Position numbers and translations under genes: made by a program. DNA of 64,000 bases from Squalus acanthias (taxonomy: Eukaryota): NCBI GenBank assembly GCA_030390025.1, contig CM059431.1, positions 98,954,001-99,018,000 of the forward strand, read 5' to 3'. This document shows, piece after piece, positions 38,828-52,500 of this stretch (positions are counted from its first letter, which is position 1; every line of letters starts with the position of its first letter). Below the pieces are notes generated by a model. The model was not told the origin of the DNA. It saw only the letters and a list, made by a program, of their open reading frames with translations, and ran no database searches.

Positions 38828-39631
38828 TCTTCTTCTCTTCTTCTTAGGCAGTCCCTCGGAACCGAGGATGACTTGCTTCCACATTAAAAATGAGTTCTCA
38901 GGTGACTGATGAGTCCAGTGCGGGACCTACAGTCTCTGTCACAGGTGGGCCAGACGGTGGTTGAAGGGGCGGGTGGGTGGGGTGCTTGGGTTGACATGCA
39001 CTCCTTGCGCTTGGCTTCCGCTTGCTCCCGGCGAAGAGACTCGAGGTGTTCGGCGCCTTCCCGGATGCTTCTCCTCCACTTTGTGCGGTCTTGGGCCAGG
39101 GATTCCCAGGTGCCAGTGGGGATGTTGCACTTTTTCAAGGAGGCTTTGAGGGTGTCCTTGAAGCCTCCTCTGCCCACCTGGGGCTCTCTTGCCGTGTCGG
39201 AGCTCCGAGTAGAGTGCTTGTTTTGGGAGTCTCGTATCGGGCATGCGGACGATGTGGCCCGTCCATCGCAGCTGATCGAGCGTGGTCAAAGCTTCGATGC
39301 TGGGGATGTTGGCCTGAGCGAGAACACTGACGTTGGTGCGCCTATCCTGCCAATGGATTTGCAGGATCTTGTGGAGGCAGCGTTGGTGGTACCTCTCCAG
39401 TGCTTTGAGGTGCCTGCTGTACATGGTCCATGTCTCTGAGGCATACAGCAGGGCGGGTATCACTGCTGCTTTGTAGACCATGAGCTTAGTGCCGGGTTTG
39501 AGGTCCTGGTCTTCAAACACTCTCTTCCTCAGGCGACCGAAGGCTGCACTGGTACACTGAAGGCGGTGTTGGACTTCGTCATTGACATCTGCCCTTGTTG
39601 ACAGTAGGCTCCCGAGGTATGGAAAGTGGTC
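38828..39631 (-). mobile_element. RTE-clade LINE, 5'-truncated
   Basis: FPYLGS, AFGRL, LLYASETW, QLRWTGHIVRM, RLPKQALY, C-terminal Zn finger; (GAA)n tail; 15-bp TSD CACTGATTGCCGGCT at 38813-38827/39632-39646. Confidence 0.95.
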
Positions 39632-40219
39632 CACTGATTGCCGGCTATCGGGGGTAAGGGGGACCACAGCGTAGCCAGTGTCGGAGCAGTGAATGACTGA
39701 CCACAACTTCAGGATTTCTGTGTTTAGATGTGCATGCACTACATCCTGAAGTTGTGGTCAGTTTCAAAGGGGTAATGACAGCGAATGCTGACAGTTTGCC
39801 GTTATTACCCACTGCAAATTCAGGCCCTGTGTGTTTATTTTTCCTTTAGTCCTTTGTGATCAGCAAGAAAGTTAATTCTGACCCACAATTTTTCACAAAA
39901 ATCAGATTAAAATGAATAAATTTGAGATATTAGATCTGGTCTTTAACTGGGTGGCAGTGGAGCAAGCCTTGGTTGTGATCTAAACGTTGGGTGTTTTTAA
40001 TCATTGCAACATTTGTTTGCTAAAACCAGAGAAGTTAATGATTAAATTAAGTCTTGCTCCTGTAACACTCGATAAATGTCTCTTTACTTGCTGTTTCTGT
40101 GCTTGCATGCTGTATCCCAAAATAAGCTATCCAATGTGATCCTCCACTCCTGTCGCCAACTTCTCTAAACAGCTGGCGAGCTGCTGAACAAGGGTGAAGC
40201 ATAGTCATTATCACAACAA

Positions 40220-41030
40220 CAGCTTGCATTAATGTAACATAGTAAAACGGCCCAAGGCACTACACAGGAGCGCTTATCAAACAAAATCTGACTCCGAGCC
40301 ACATAAAGAGATATTAGGACAGGCGACCAAACACTTGGTCAAAGTGGTAGGTTTTAAGGATCCTCTTAAAGGAGAAGAGATTGGTAGAGAGCTGGGAAGA
40401 TTTAGGGAGGGAATTCCAGAGCTTGGGCTTAGGCAGGTGAAGGCACGGCCGCCAGTGGTGGAGCGATGAAAATCGGGGATGCGCAAGAGACCACAATTAG
40501 AGCAGCGCAGAGATCTCTGGAGGGTTGTAGGGCTGGAAGAGGTTGTAGAGAGGAAGGGACATGGAGGAATTTGAAAACTAGGATGAGAATTTTAAAATTG
40601 AGATGTTGCCAGACTGGGAGCCAATCTAGGTCAGCGTGCACAGGGTGTTGGGCAATGATCCCTCGAAGCTGTGTGGCCGAGCAGCCGCGCAGCTGTTTAC
40701 TGGTCCCGTGCAGCCCGGGACTGGCGCTTTTCCAATGTTAAATTTGGCGCATGCGTGAAACTGTGAATGGGCCGTGTAGTCCCTTAAAGGGCCTGCGCAC
40801 CCAAAAATAAATTATGGGAAACATTGTGGGTGGGTGATCGAGACTTGGTGCGAGTTAGGATACGGGCAGCTAGAGTTTTAGATGAGCACAACTTTACGGA
40901 GGGTGGAAGGTGGGAGGACGGCCAGGAGAGCGTTGGAATAGTCGAGTCTGGAGGTAACAGAGGTGCGGATGAGGGTTTCAGCACCAAATGAGCTGAGGCG
41001 GGGGGGCGGAGACGGGCGATGTCTCCACTG
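40220..41030 (-). mobile_element. L2 fragment containing a hAT MITE (40653-40826)
   Basis: TSRLDYSNALL, LDWLPV...FKILILVFK; MITE ends CAATGATCCC/GGGAAACATTG. Confidence 0.82.
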
Positions 41031-41282
41031 TGATTGCCATGGCGCAAAATTCAATCTAGGATACAAGAAAAGCCTTGTGTGTGACACACAGCACCCTTCT
41101 AGTGTGTCCATAACACACACAATCTGTCACGCTTTTCTGACTGGTTCCTGAGAATTCTGAGATAATCCAAAAAAAAACACATTTTAACACTTTCATCACT
41201 GTCTCTGCACATCTCTCAAAATAATTTCCAAATCCGTGATTTCCTTGCCACCTCTGATGTCTTATTTTCTCATTGTACAAAG

Positions 41283-41357
41283 AATGTACACAGTACGTCT
41301 AAAAAACCCAGACATGAAAATGGATGAAGAATACCCTCTTGTCTTGAAAGACTTACT
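41283..41357 (+). other. USF3: Candidate USF3 5'-UTR exon
   Basis: Non-repeat segment with a pyrimidine tract and AG at 41281-41282 and a strong donor ACT|GTAAGT; acceptor position uncertain. Confidence 0.35.
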
Positions 41358-41379
41358 GTAAGTCCGTTTTCACAATAAT

Positions 41380-42460
41380 TACACAGGATATGCAGCACAG
41401 AAACCGGCCATTCGGCCCAACCAGTCCATGCCGGCGTTTATGCTGCACTCCAGCCTCCTCCCGTCTTTCCTCATCTAACTCTATCAGCATAACCCTTTAT
41501 TCCCTTCTAACCTCATGATTATCTAGCTTCCCCTTAAATACATCTAAACTATTCGCTTCAACCACTCCCTGTGGTAGTGAGCTCCACATTCTCACCACTC
41601 TCTGGGTAAAGACGTTTCTTCTGAATTCCCTATTTGATTTCTTGGTGGCTCTCTTATATTGATGGCCTCTAGTTTTGCTCTTCCCCACAAGTGGAAACGC
41701 TCTCTCTGTGTCTTCTCTATCTCAACCTTTCATAATTTTAAAGACCTCTATTAGGTCACCCCTCAGCCTTCTCTTTTCAAGGGAAAACAGACCCAGCCTG
41801 TTCATCCTTTCCTGATATGTATACCCTCACATTTCTGGTATCATCCTTGTAAATCTTCTCTGCACCCTCTCCAGTGCCTCTATATCCTTTTTATAATTTG
41901 GCGACCAGAATTGCACGCAGTACTCCAAGTGTGGTCTAACCAAGATTCGATACAGGTTTAGCATAACTTCACCACTTTTCAATTCTATCCCTCTAGAAAT
42001 AAACCCTAGTGCCTGGTTTGCTTTTTTATGACCTTGTTAACCTGTGGCGCTACTTTTAGTGATTTGTGTATTTGTACTCCGAGATCCCTATGCTCCTCTA
42101 CCCCACCCAGACTCGCAACCTCCAAATGATAAGTGACCTCCCTATTCTTCCTACCAAAATGTAATACCTCACATTTATTTGTGTTGAATTTCATTTGCCA
42201 ATTATATTCCTATTCTGCAAGTTTATTAATGTCCTCCTGTAATTTGTTGCAGTCCTCCTCAGTATTGACTATCCCCCCCCAATTTGGTGTCATCCGCAAA
42301 TTTAGAAATTGTGTTTTTGATTCCAAAGTCTAAATTGTGAACAGCAGTGGTCCCAAGCAGTGATCCTTGTGGAACACCACTACCCACCTTCTGCCACTCT
42401 GAATAGCTACCCTTTACTCCTACTCTCTGCTTTCTGTCTTGAAGCCAGCTAGCTATCCTG
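41380..42460 (-). mobile_element. CR1 3' part
   Basis: GSGVPQGSLLG, FADDTKLG, KCEVLHFG; same subfamily as 16340-19085. Confidence 0.9.
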
Positions 42461-42465
42461 ATAAT

Positions 42466-43110
42466 GGCCCAGAATTTGCTGGAGTGGGGCACCTCGTGGC
42501 GTGCCCCGTTAGACTATTTCCCTCACCCTTCAGCTCGAAAAGTTTTTACGGTGTATCTTACTGGAAGTGCGGTGAGGACAGTGGGGCATCTGGGACCTCG
42601 GTGAACGACGGGACCAACAGTCTATCTCCTTAACCCATGAGATTAAAGGATTGAGAAAGAAACAGAGGAACGACGGAGAAAGAAAGAGAGTGAATTAGAG
42701 TCAAATCAGGTACAGAGGGAGAAATGAAGAGAGGGAAAGAAAGATTGGATTAAGAAAGAGGGGGAAAAAAAGACAGAAAGGATTAAGTTAGAAAAAAAAT
42801 TTAAAATGTAAAATCTCAAAAAAAAACAATTTACTACCTGCAGGAATGAGACTCCACAGTTTCAATTGTTCCCTTTCTGGGCTGGAGAGGTTGAGTGGCA
42901 TTGCAGGATCATAAATCTCATCATTAAAAAGGTCCTTACGATGTTAAATACCACCCCTAACGGGCGGTGTGGCGCAAATCGTCCAGAAACTTGTGGCGAT
43001 TCACAATTCACGGTGGATCTCTTCCTCGCCACAAGTTGCTGGACAATTTACCCATCAATAATGGCGAGCGCCGTTAAAGTCGCTGTTATTTTGCTAGCAA
43101 ATTCTGGTCC
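42466..43110. mobile_element. Non-autonomous TIR element (~645 bp)
   Basis: GGCCCAGAATTTGCT...AGCAAATTCTGGTCC, flanked by AT on both sides. Confidence 0.65.
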
Positions 43111-43429
43111 ATAGTGTTTGAGCTGCAGGCCTTCAGTTAACTAGCACTTGGTTTGGGTGGAGGAGGCATTGTCTGCTTGCTTGGGCCCAGCACCATCCAG
43201 TAACTCACTCAAGTGATCGATCATTTTACATTTTGTGAGTCTTGGCGGTGAATGTTGGCAGGCTATTCCATCACAGGGAGTATTGCAGACAAGCCTGACA
43301 TCCTCGAATCCCTGCATTGTATTCTTTTTAACGGACTGCCCTAGTTAGATTTTATATTGCTATGCCATTAATTTATATTTTTTTATCTTTGTTACAGTAG
43401 AAGGCTGTGGAGGGGAGCCTACAGTCACA

Positions 43430-43476
43430 ATGCCAGAAATGACAGAAAATCAGACACCTATGCGTAGGACTCACAG
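43430..43476 (+). CDS. USF3: USF3 first coding exon (exon starts at 43398 or 43401)
   Basis: MPEMTENQTPMRRTH(R) resembles the human USF3 N-terminus MPEMTENETP as recalled; CAGTAG acceptor; donor AG|GCAAGT. Confidence 0.9.
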
Positions 43477-46117
43477 GCAAGTGCGGAGCAATCTTCTGAA
43501 AACAGATTTGTGATTTGAATTTTTTCCGGGTAAAAAGGATGCATTTGCATGCACCAAGAATCCAGAGCAAACTGAACTTGCTCTGTGTGTCCTGGTCCCA
43601 GAGCAAACCGAACTGCTGTGTGTGTCCTGGTCCCAGTATCGTACCTCTTTAGAGTCACTGCTAAATATCCATCATCCCCTCCCAAAATGACCATACCCTC
43701 AAACGTTTCTTGAGTTTCATTACATCAACTAGTTGGAGTGTGCTCGCTTCCAACCTACCTTAACCCACTGGGATCTATTCTAAAACTGTTCTAAATTTTA
43801 TTTAGAATATATGTTGGGATTGCATCCAGGAGTGGACGCAACTGCATGCTCAGTATTCAAGAGCGCAGGTAACTTTGCACTCAGTATTCGGGTATACATG
43901 CAATTGCGTGCTCAGTATTCAGGAGTGCATGCAACTCTAGGGGAATTGAGGGATACGGGGATCGGGTGGGAAAGTGGAGTTCAGCCATCGAGGTCGAAGA
44001 TCAACCATGATCTTATTGAATGGCGGAGCAGGCTCGAAGGGCTGTATGGTCGACTCCTGCTGCTAATTCTTATGTTCAAATGTGCACTTGAGCATACTTG
44101 TCTATCCAAAATCTGGGTTGTTTGCATCATTTAAAAATGGTGCACTGTCACTGCAGGTTAATGGCGTTGGTATATGGATGGGGCTTTAACACGTGGAGAC
44201 GCTATACCTCTTGTATTCGGTTATGGAATTGATGAAGAGAGAGGCAGGATGCTGTTTAGATGTTGTTATTCCCCATATGTAATATTCCCGATTATGGCTG
44301 TGCCTTCGGAAATGACCCGAATGGAACCGTCAGTCCCATCCTGTAATTAATCCGAGTGATTTCCAATCCTAGTGGAATATGCTGATTTTTCGTGTGAAGC
44401 AGAAACAAACTGACGCATGGGTCGAAACCCTGAGAGCTGGCATGTATGGTACTCCAGGGTACTGCGCAGTGCACATATATTTAACATTAAGCAAAGTTCA
44501 GCGCAAGCCATTGTAAAATATCAGAGCACTGCCTTGGAAATTCATTGAAATAATCCAGTGACTTGTTTGGAGTTAATCTAATTGCTTTATTTTTTTAATG
44601 ATTTATTCTCGGGAGGTGGCAAGTCCGGCACCTATTGGCCATCCCCAGTTAGCCCGAGAAGGTGGTGGTGGGCCTTCTCCTTGAACCACTGCAGCCCGTG
44701 TGGCGATGGTGTTGGGTAGGGAACTCCAGGATACTGACCCAGTAACGATGAAGGAACGGCAAGTCAGGCTGGAGTGCGTCTCGGAAGGGAACCCGGAGGT
44801 GATGCCGTTCCCACAACAGTGCTGTTCTTGCCCTTTTCGGTAGAGGGCGGCGAGGGGGGTAGTGGTGGTGAGGGAGATGCTGTCAAAATAATACTGCATA
44901 TCATACATACTGCAGCCACATAAAAACAGCATGACTCATTTTGAAACTCTGATATTAGGGCATTTCTGTTGTAGCAGTTGAAGCTTTATGGAATGCTACA
45001 CTTGAATTGTGATGACAAATAAATCCTGTCATGTTCTAAAAACAGATCAGCATTATAGGACCTTTTAAAGGCTAACAGTTTTCTGGTTTTTGACTCGTGG
45101 CAGAACTGCACAACCAAACGTTGTCCTGACTCACTGCATTCCAGCATTTTAATTTGTTTCTGTTCGGACCATTCAAATGCTTAGCTGGCAAAACAAACAT
45201 TTTTTTTGTAAGTTTGGCTCAGCTGACAGTCCTCTTGTCTCTTGAGTCAGAAGGTCGCGGGTTCAAGCCCCCAATCCAGCATTTGAGCACATAATCCGGG
45301 CTGACCTGCCACTGCAGAAGAGAGAGTGCAGCATTGTCAGAGGCGCCTTTAAAACCAAGGTTCCACTGGTTTGGATGGCTGCTAACGATCTCGTGTTACT
45401 ATTCGCAGAAGGGGAGGCAGTACCTCCCGATATCATGGCCAACATTCCTCACTCCACCAAACCACCACACACCAGCAGACTGGCCACTCGTCTCATTGCT
45501 GTTGGTGGAATCACCTCAGACTAACCACTCATTATATCTCCGCAAAGCTGTAGGTATCAATGTAAATTGAGGGCGAATACTGAATAAATATTCAAAATTG
45601 TAATTTGCAGCAAAGTAATACATGGAAGTGTTCAATCAGGAAAGAGTGAACAGGCTGGGGCTCTTTTCTCTAGAAAAGAGAAGACTGAGAAGTGACCTGA
45701 TTGAGGTCTTTAAAGTTATGAAAGTGCTCGATAGGGTAGATGTAGAGAAGATGTTTCCACTTGTGGGGGGAGTCCAGAACTAGCCATAAATAGAAGATAG
45801 TCACTAATAAATCCAGTAAGAAATTCAGGAGGAACTTCTTTACACAGAGAGTGGTGAGAATGTGGAACTCGCTACCACAGGGAGTGGTTGAGGTGAATAG
45901 CAGAGATGCCTTTAAGGGGAAGCTAGATAAACACGTCGGGGAGAAAGGAATAGAAGGTTATGCTGATAGGATGAGATGAAGTAGGGTGGGAGGAGGCTTG
46001 TGTGGAGCATGAACACCGGCACGGAGCAGTTGGGCCGAATGGCTTGTCGCTGTGCTGTACATTCTGTGTAATTCTATGTGAAGTGCAGTGCCTCATTTTT
46101 TGTTTTTTTATATATAG

Positions 46118-46146
46118 GAAGAAAAATCGAGAAACGCACAACGCGG
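46118..46146 (+). CDS. USF3: USF3 29-nt microexon (bHLH basic region)
   Basis: tatag|G AAG AAA AAT CGA GAA ACG CAC AAC GCG G|gtaagt = (R)KKNRETHNA(V); phases fit both neighbours. Confidence 0.94.
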
Positions 46147-49100
46147 GTAAGTGTTTGCAACTGTTAACGGCTGAGTGATACAGTAGTTTAGCACCTTAGT
46201 TCTGATTTTGGACCATGTAAAGGGGGGGAGTGTGAGAAAGCATGTAACTCTTAGAATTTTTTGTCGATGGCCAATATGATTACAAAAGTTGTTTACTGCT
46301 GGTCTGTCTTTTTGTCTTGCACGTGACAAATGCACTTCTAGCTTATGCCGCGTTTCAAGTCGAGACCCACCAATCCTATTAGTGTTACTAGTCCTAGGCA
46401 CCAGTCTTCCTATACAGTTTTCTCGGGTCCCCAACTTAACAAAGAATTTGTGTGAGAAGGGTAGGGTACCAAGCTGGACCGGTACCAGGTAACTAGGAAC
46501 CAATAAAGAAGCCATCTTTATCTGGAATAAGTGATGGACAAAGATTATTGGGGAGAAGAAAAGGAAGTCAAGAAGGGATGCAGGTTACTACTTAATTCAC
46601 TTTGTCATAACAAAGTGGTTTTGTAAGGAGTTCACTTGAGAATTTGATAGTTGCATTACCCCACAGTTGGCCCGTAACTAACTTTAGGTAGAAGTCAATA
46701 CAGAGTTTAAAGGTTTGTTTCAACAGGGTGTTGGAGCTGTAGTGGACTGCCTCACAGAGTGACAGAATGTGGCTTTGCATCTGCAGCTCTCCACATTGTG
46801 AGTTACTGAACTAATGTTTTTGGAGAGGTCAAGCTACGCACCTCGCAGGAAGGGAATGGAAACCCGGAAGAACTTGCACAGGCAATCCTCATACACCTCC
46901 ACATGCTTCGCTTCAGAGCAACTTTGACCTCTCAGCAGAGAATGGTGAGGGGCAGCCCAGGGCAAGAGGAGATAGTACATTATAAAGAGCAAGTCTCAAC
47001 TCTCCAGACAGAAGCAGCAAACAAAACCATTGTAACGACAGCAAGTTCTCACATCGGAGGTGAATTTTAGAGATGTGCATTGTTTGTATGTACACTGCTG
47101 ACCTCTACTCTTCGATTTGTTTGTATTGATGAGGTTGGCTTTTCAAACCACTGAAGCAGCCTATTGTGTTATAATAATCATGTGCTTACTGCTAAATAGA
47201 AAATGGGAGTGTGCAATATAGCTCAATGTGCTTTTTTTATATTTAAACTGTTATTTCATGACTTTGAATGTGTGCAACATCAAATTGGGGTAATGTACTT
47301 CCACTTCATCCACACACAACTAAAGCTTGGATCGGACGACAGTGACGTGAAGTTGCTGTTTGGATCGTAGGATTGCAGGCGACCAGAAAACGCCGTGATG
47401 ATGTTCAGTGTGGCTGACTCCGGAGTTCAAAAATAATACATCTTCCTACCTCACAATTAGTTCTTTTGCCTGGTCTTTTGATATACTTTAATGCCTATTA
47501 ATTTTACCGGTACGGTAATGCAGTGGTTGTGTTACTGGGCTAGTAACCCAGAGGCTTGGATTATTAATCCAGAGAATGAGTTCAAATCCCACCGTAAGAA
47601 TTTGAATTCAGTTTAATTTTTTTTTTAAGACCTAGAAATAAAAACCTGGTCTCAGTAAAAGTGACCATTGGATTGTTGTAAATACCCAGCAGGTTCACTA
47701 ATGTCCTTCAGGGAAGGAAACCTGCCATCTTTACCCGGTCTGGCCGCGCAACTCTCTGCCGGTCCCACGCAGCCCGGTACCGGTTTTTGCAATGTTAAAG
47801 TTTGTGCGTGTGCGAATCTGTGAAGGGGCCGCGCACCCCAAAAAAAATGACGGGGAATATTGCTCTGGGCCTATATGTGACTCCAGTCCCACACCAACGT
47901 GATTGACCAAAGTGGCCGAATCTCGGTTGTAGGGGTGGGCAAGAAATGCCGACCTTGCCAATGATGCCCATCTTGTGAATGAATTAGGAAAAAAGAAAAA
48001 TTAGTATATTTTAAACAGCAGTGAGGGCAGAGTTTCCTATATTTTGACAATCTGCACAGGTGGCAATAGTGCAGTGAGGAAAATACTATACATGGCACTG
48101 CCTAGAAATGTCCAGGTATTTTGCATAGGAGTTCTAAATATATCATTATTTTTAAATTTCTCCTCTTGCCACCTCTTGTCTTGTCGTGGCCTCGCCCCTC
48201 CCTGTCTCTGTAGTCTCCTCCAGCCCTACAATAACCCCCACCTAGAACTCTGTTCCTCCAACTCTGGCCTCTTGTGCGGCCCTTTGCTCCAGCATTGGCA
48301 GTTGTGCCTTTGAAAAACTACTCTCCAATTAGGTATAGCGCAGCCATGTGAAGAGCAAAGCTTCTGCACGCTACACCAACAAGGTGTCTCAGCATCAACT
48401 TCAGAAGAGCACCTCCCAGTTTGTGATGGTGTGAGTTAACAGCTTAAGGGAAGCTGCACAGGTTCAGCATCAGTTTTGTGCGGTGGACCCGTGCTCACCA
48501 GGATTTGCATTGAGACTGCACAGACGCATTTCAGATTAAACCCTTGCCGTCGACAGAGAGAGGAAACGTTCGTCCTTGATTCCCGGCTGGATTTGGACAC
48601 ATGTTCTGTTGGCAAAGCAACAGCATGCTCCAGGCTTCAATTTGGAAGCCCCACCATCAGTGACTGATGGCTCTTTGTGCACAGCACTTGGAACTTGCTC
48701 AGAAGAGGAGAATTCTCCGCCCCCCCCCCCCCTCCCAAAAACACATGAGGAAAATACCCCCCCCCAACCACGAGGAGACCCCCCCTCTCCCAAAAAGAGG
48801 AGAACCCACCCCCAATGTATGCTGTGCCGTATCCCGAAAAGTGGTAAATGGCGATAATCACACGATTACTATTGCCTCTCCTGTGCTGCCATGCTTCGTG
48901 TTTTCGGATTGCGGCCCAGCAGCAGCTTGGACACAGAAAATTGATGCAGAACCCTCTGTCTTTGAACTTGATGGTGACGCTGCAGAAACAGTGCCTACAG
49001 GCTCCTTGGACAAGCAGCTCCGAAGCTGCAGCACCAAGTGCATAGTTATCCCACTAATATGTTTAGGTTTCATCGAATAACACAGCACAGAAGGAGGCCA

Positions 49101-49503
49101 TTCGGCCCATCGTGCCTGTGCTGGCTCTCTGAAAGAGCTCTCCAATTAGTCCCACTCCCCCCTGCTCTTTCCCCATAGCCTGGTAAAACTTTCCAGTTCA
49201 ATTATTTATCCAATTCCCTTTTGAAAGTAACAATTGCATCTGCTTCCACCGCCCCTTCAGGCAGTGAATTCCAGATCATAACTCGCTGCGCAATTTTCTT
49301 TTCCTCATGTCGCCTCTGGTTCTTTTGTTATTTACCTTGAATCTGCGTCCTCTGGTTAATACAAGTTAATGTATTTAATGTCTGAGCAAGAACTGCGGCC
49401 ATTATTATTTTACTCAAAGAAGTCCCATTTATTCGCTCATCAAAAGGCTACCCAGATTTGCACAGCTAGAGATCCCTAGTTTTGGAACCATTACTCAATG
49501 TTC

Positions 49504-52500
49504 CAGTAATGGCCGTGCTTGTTACACTGTTACAGTAATGGTCGTGTTTATTGTTACACTGTTACAGTATTGGTCGTGTTTATTGTCACACTATTGCAGT
49601 ATTGGTCATGTTTATTGTTACACTGTTACAGTAATGGTCGTGTTTATTGTTACACTTTACAGTAATGGTCGTGTTTATTGTTACACTGTTACAGTATTGG
49701 TCGTGTTTATTACACTGTTGCAGTATTGGTCGTGTTTATTGTTACACTGTTACAGTAATGGTCGTGTTTATTGTTACACTGTTACCGTAATGGTCTTGTT
49801 TATTGCACTGTTACAGTAATGTCGTTTATTGTCACTGTTACAGTAATGGTCGTGCATATTACACTGTTACAGTAATGTCGTGTTTATTGTTACACTGTTA
49901 CAGTAATGGTCGTGTTTATTGTTACACTGTTGCAGTAATGTCGTGTTTATTGTTACACTGTTACAGTAATGGTCGTGTTTATTGTTACACTGTTACAGTA
50001 ATGGTCGTGTTTATTACTGTTACAGTAATGGTCGTGTTTATTGTTACACTTACAGTAATGTCGTGTTTATTGTTACACTGTTACAGTAATGGTCATATTG
50101 TTACAGTAATGGTCGTGTATATTGTTACAGTAATGGTCGTGTTTATTGTTACACTGTTACAGTAGTGGTCATGTTTACTGTTACACTGTTACAGTAATGG
50201 CCGTGTTTATTGTTACACTGTTGCAGTAATGGTCGTGTTTTTTTACACTGTTGCAGTATTGGCCGTGTTTATTGTTACACTGTTGCAGTAATGGTCGTGT
50301 TTATTGTTACACTGTTGCAGTAATGGTCGTGTTTATTGTTACAGTGTTACAGTAATGGTCGTGTTTATTGTTACTGTCACAGTAATGGTCGTGTTTATTG
50401 TTACACTTACAGTAATGTCGTGTTTATTGTTACACTGTTACAGTAATGGCCGTGTTTATTACACTGTTACAGTAATGTCGTTTATTGTTTCACTGTTACA
50501 GTAATGTCGTTTATTGTTTCACTGTTACAGTAATGTCGTTTATTGTTACACTGCTACGGTAATGGTCGTGTTTATTACACTGTTACAGTAATGGTCGTGT
50601 TTATTGTTACACTGTTACAGTAATGGTCGTGTTTATTACTGTTGCAGTAATAGTCGTGTTTATTGTTACACTTACAGTAATGTCGTGTTTATTGTTACAC
50701 TGTTGCAGTAATGGTCGTGTTTATTGTTACACTGTTACAGTAATGTCGTGTTTATTGTTACACTGTTACAGTAATGGCCGTGTTTATTACACTGTTACAG
50801 TAATGTCGTGTTTATTGTTACACTGTTACAGTAATGTCGTTTATTGTTACACTGCTACAGTAATGGTCGTGTTTATTACACTGTTACAGTAATGGTCGTG
50901 TTTATTGTTACACTGTTACAGTAATGGTCGTGTTTATTACTGTTGCAGTAATGGTCGTGTTTATTGTTACACTTACAGTAATGTCGTGTTTATTGTTACA
51001 CTGTTACAGTAATGGTCATGTATATTGTTACAGTAATGGTCGTGTATATTGTTACAGTAATGGTCGTGTTTATTGTTGCACTGCTACAGTAATGGTCGTA
51101 TTTATTGTTACACTGTTGCAGTATTGGCCATGTTTATTGTTACACTGTTACAGTAATGGTCCTGTTTATTGTTACACTGTTACAGTAATGGTCGTGTATA
51201 TTATTACACTGTTACAGTAATGGTCGTGTTTATTGTTACACTGTTACAGTAATGGTCTTATTTATTGTTACACTGTTGCAGTATTGGCCGTGTTTATTGT
51301 TACACTGTTGCAGTAATGGTCGTGTTTATTGTTACACTGTTACAGTAATGGTCGTGTTTATTGTTACACTGTTGCAGTATTGGCCGTGTTTATTGTTACA
51401 CTGTTGCAGTATTGGCCGTGTTTATTGTTATACTGTTGCAGTAATGGTCGTGTATATTATTACACTGTTACAGTAATGGTCGTGTATATTATTACACTGT
51501 TACAGTAATGGTCATGTTTATTGTTACGCTGTTACAGTAATGGTCGTGTTTATTGTTACGCTGTTACAGTAATGGTCGTGTTTATTGTTACACTGTTACA
51601 GTAATGGTCGTGTTTATTGTTACACTGTTACAGTATTGGCCGTGTTTATTGTTATACTGTTGCAGTATTGGCCGTGTTTATTGTTACACTGTTACAGTAA
51701 TGGTCGTGTTTATTGTTACACTGTTACAGTATTGGCCGTGTTTATTGTTACACTGTTGCAGTATTGGCCGTGTTTATTGTTACACTGTTACAGTAATGGT
51801 CGTGTTTATTATACTGTTGCAGTAATGGTCGTGTTTATTGTTACACTGTTACAGTAATGGTCGTGTTTATTGTTATACTGTTGCAGTAATGGTCGTGTTT
51901 TTTTACACTGTTGCAGTATTGGCCGTGCTTATTGTTACACTGTTGCAGTAATGGTCGTGTTTATTGTTACACTGTTACAGTAATGGTCGTGTTTATTGTT
52001 ACACTGTTACAGTAATGGTCGTGTTTATTGTTACTGTTACAGTAATGGCGTGTTTATTGTTACACTGTTACAGTAATGTCGTGTTTATTGTTACTGTTAC
52101 AGTAATGGTCGTGTTTATTGTTACGCTGTTACAGTAATGGTCGTGTTTATTGTTACTGTTACAGTAATGGCGTGTTTATTGTTACACTGTTACAGTAATG
52201 TCGTGTTTATTGTTACTGTTACAGTAATGGTCGCGTTTATTGTTACGCTGTTACAGTAATGGTCGTGTTTATTGATACAGTAATGGTCGTGTTTATTGTT
52301 ACACTGTTACAGTAATGGTCGTGTTTATTGTTACAGTATTGGTCGTGTTTATTGTTACAGTAATGGTCGTGTTTATTGTTGCACTGCTACAGTAATGGTG
52401 GTATTGTTACAGTAATGATCCTGTTTATTGTTACACTGTTACAGTAATGATCGTGTTTATTGTTACACTGTTACAGTAATGGTCGTGTTTATTGTTACAC

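Larger units (their letters stand above)
37229..39827. mobile_element. Non-autonomous TIR element hosting L2 and RTE insertions
   Basis: Ends GGCCCAGAATTTGC / GCAAATTCAGGCCC; same termini as 42466-43110. Confidence 0.6.

Noticed and set aside
48536..49080. Overlapping Pro/Gly-rich ORFs
   Set aside because: Driven by C-runs; no recognisable homology or exon boundaries
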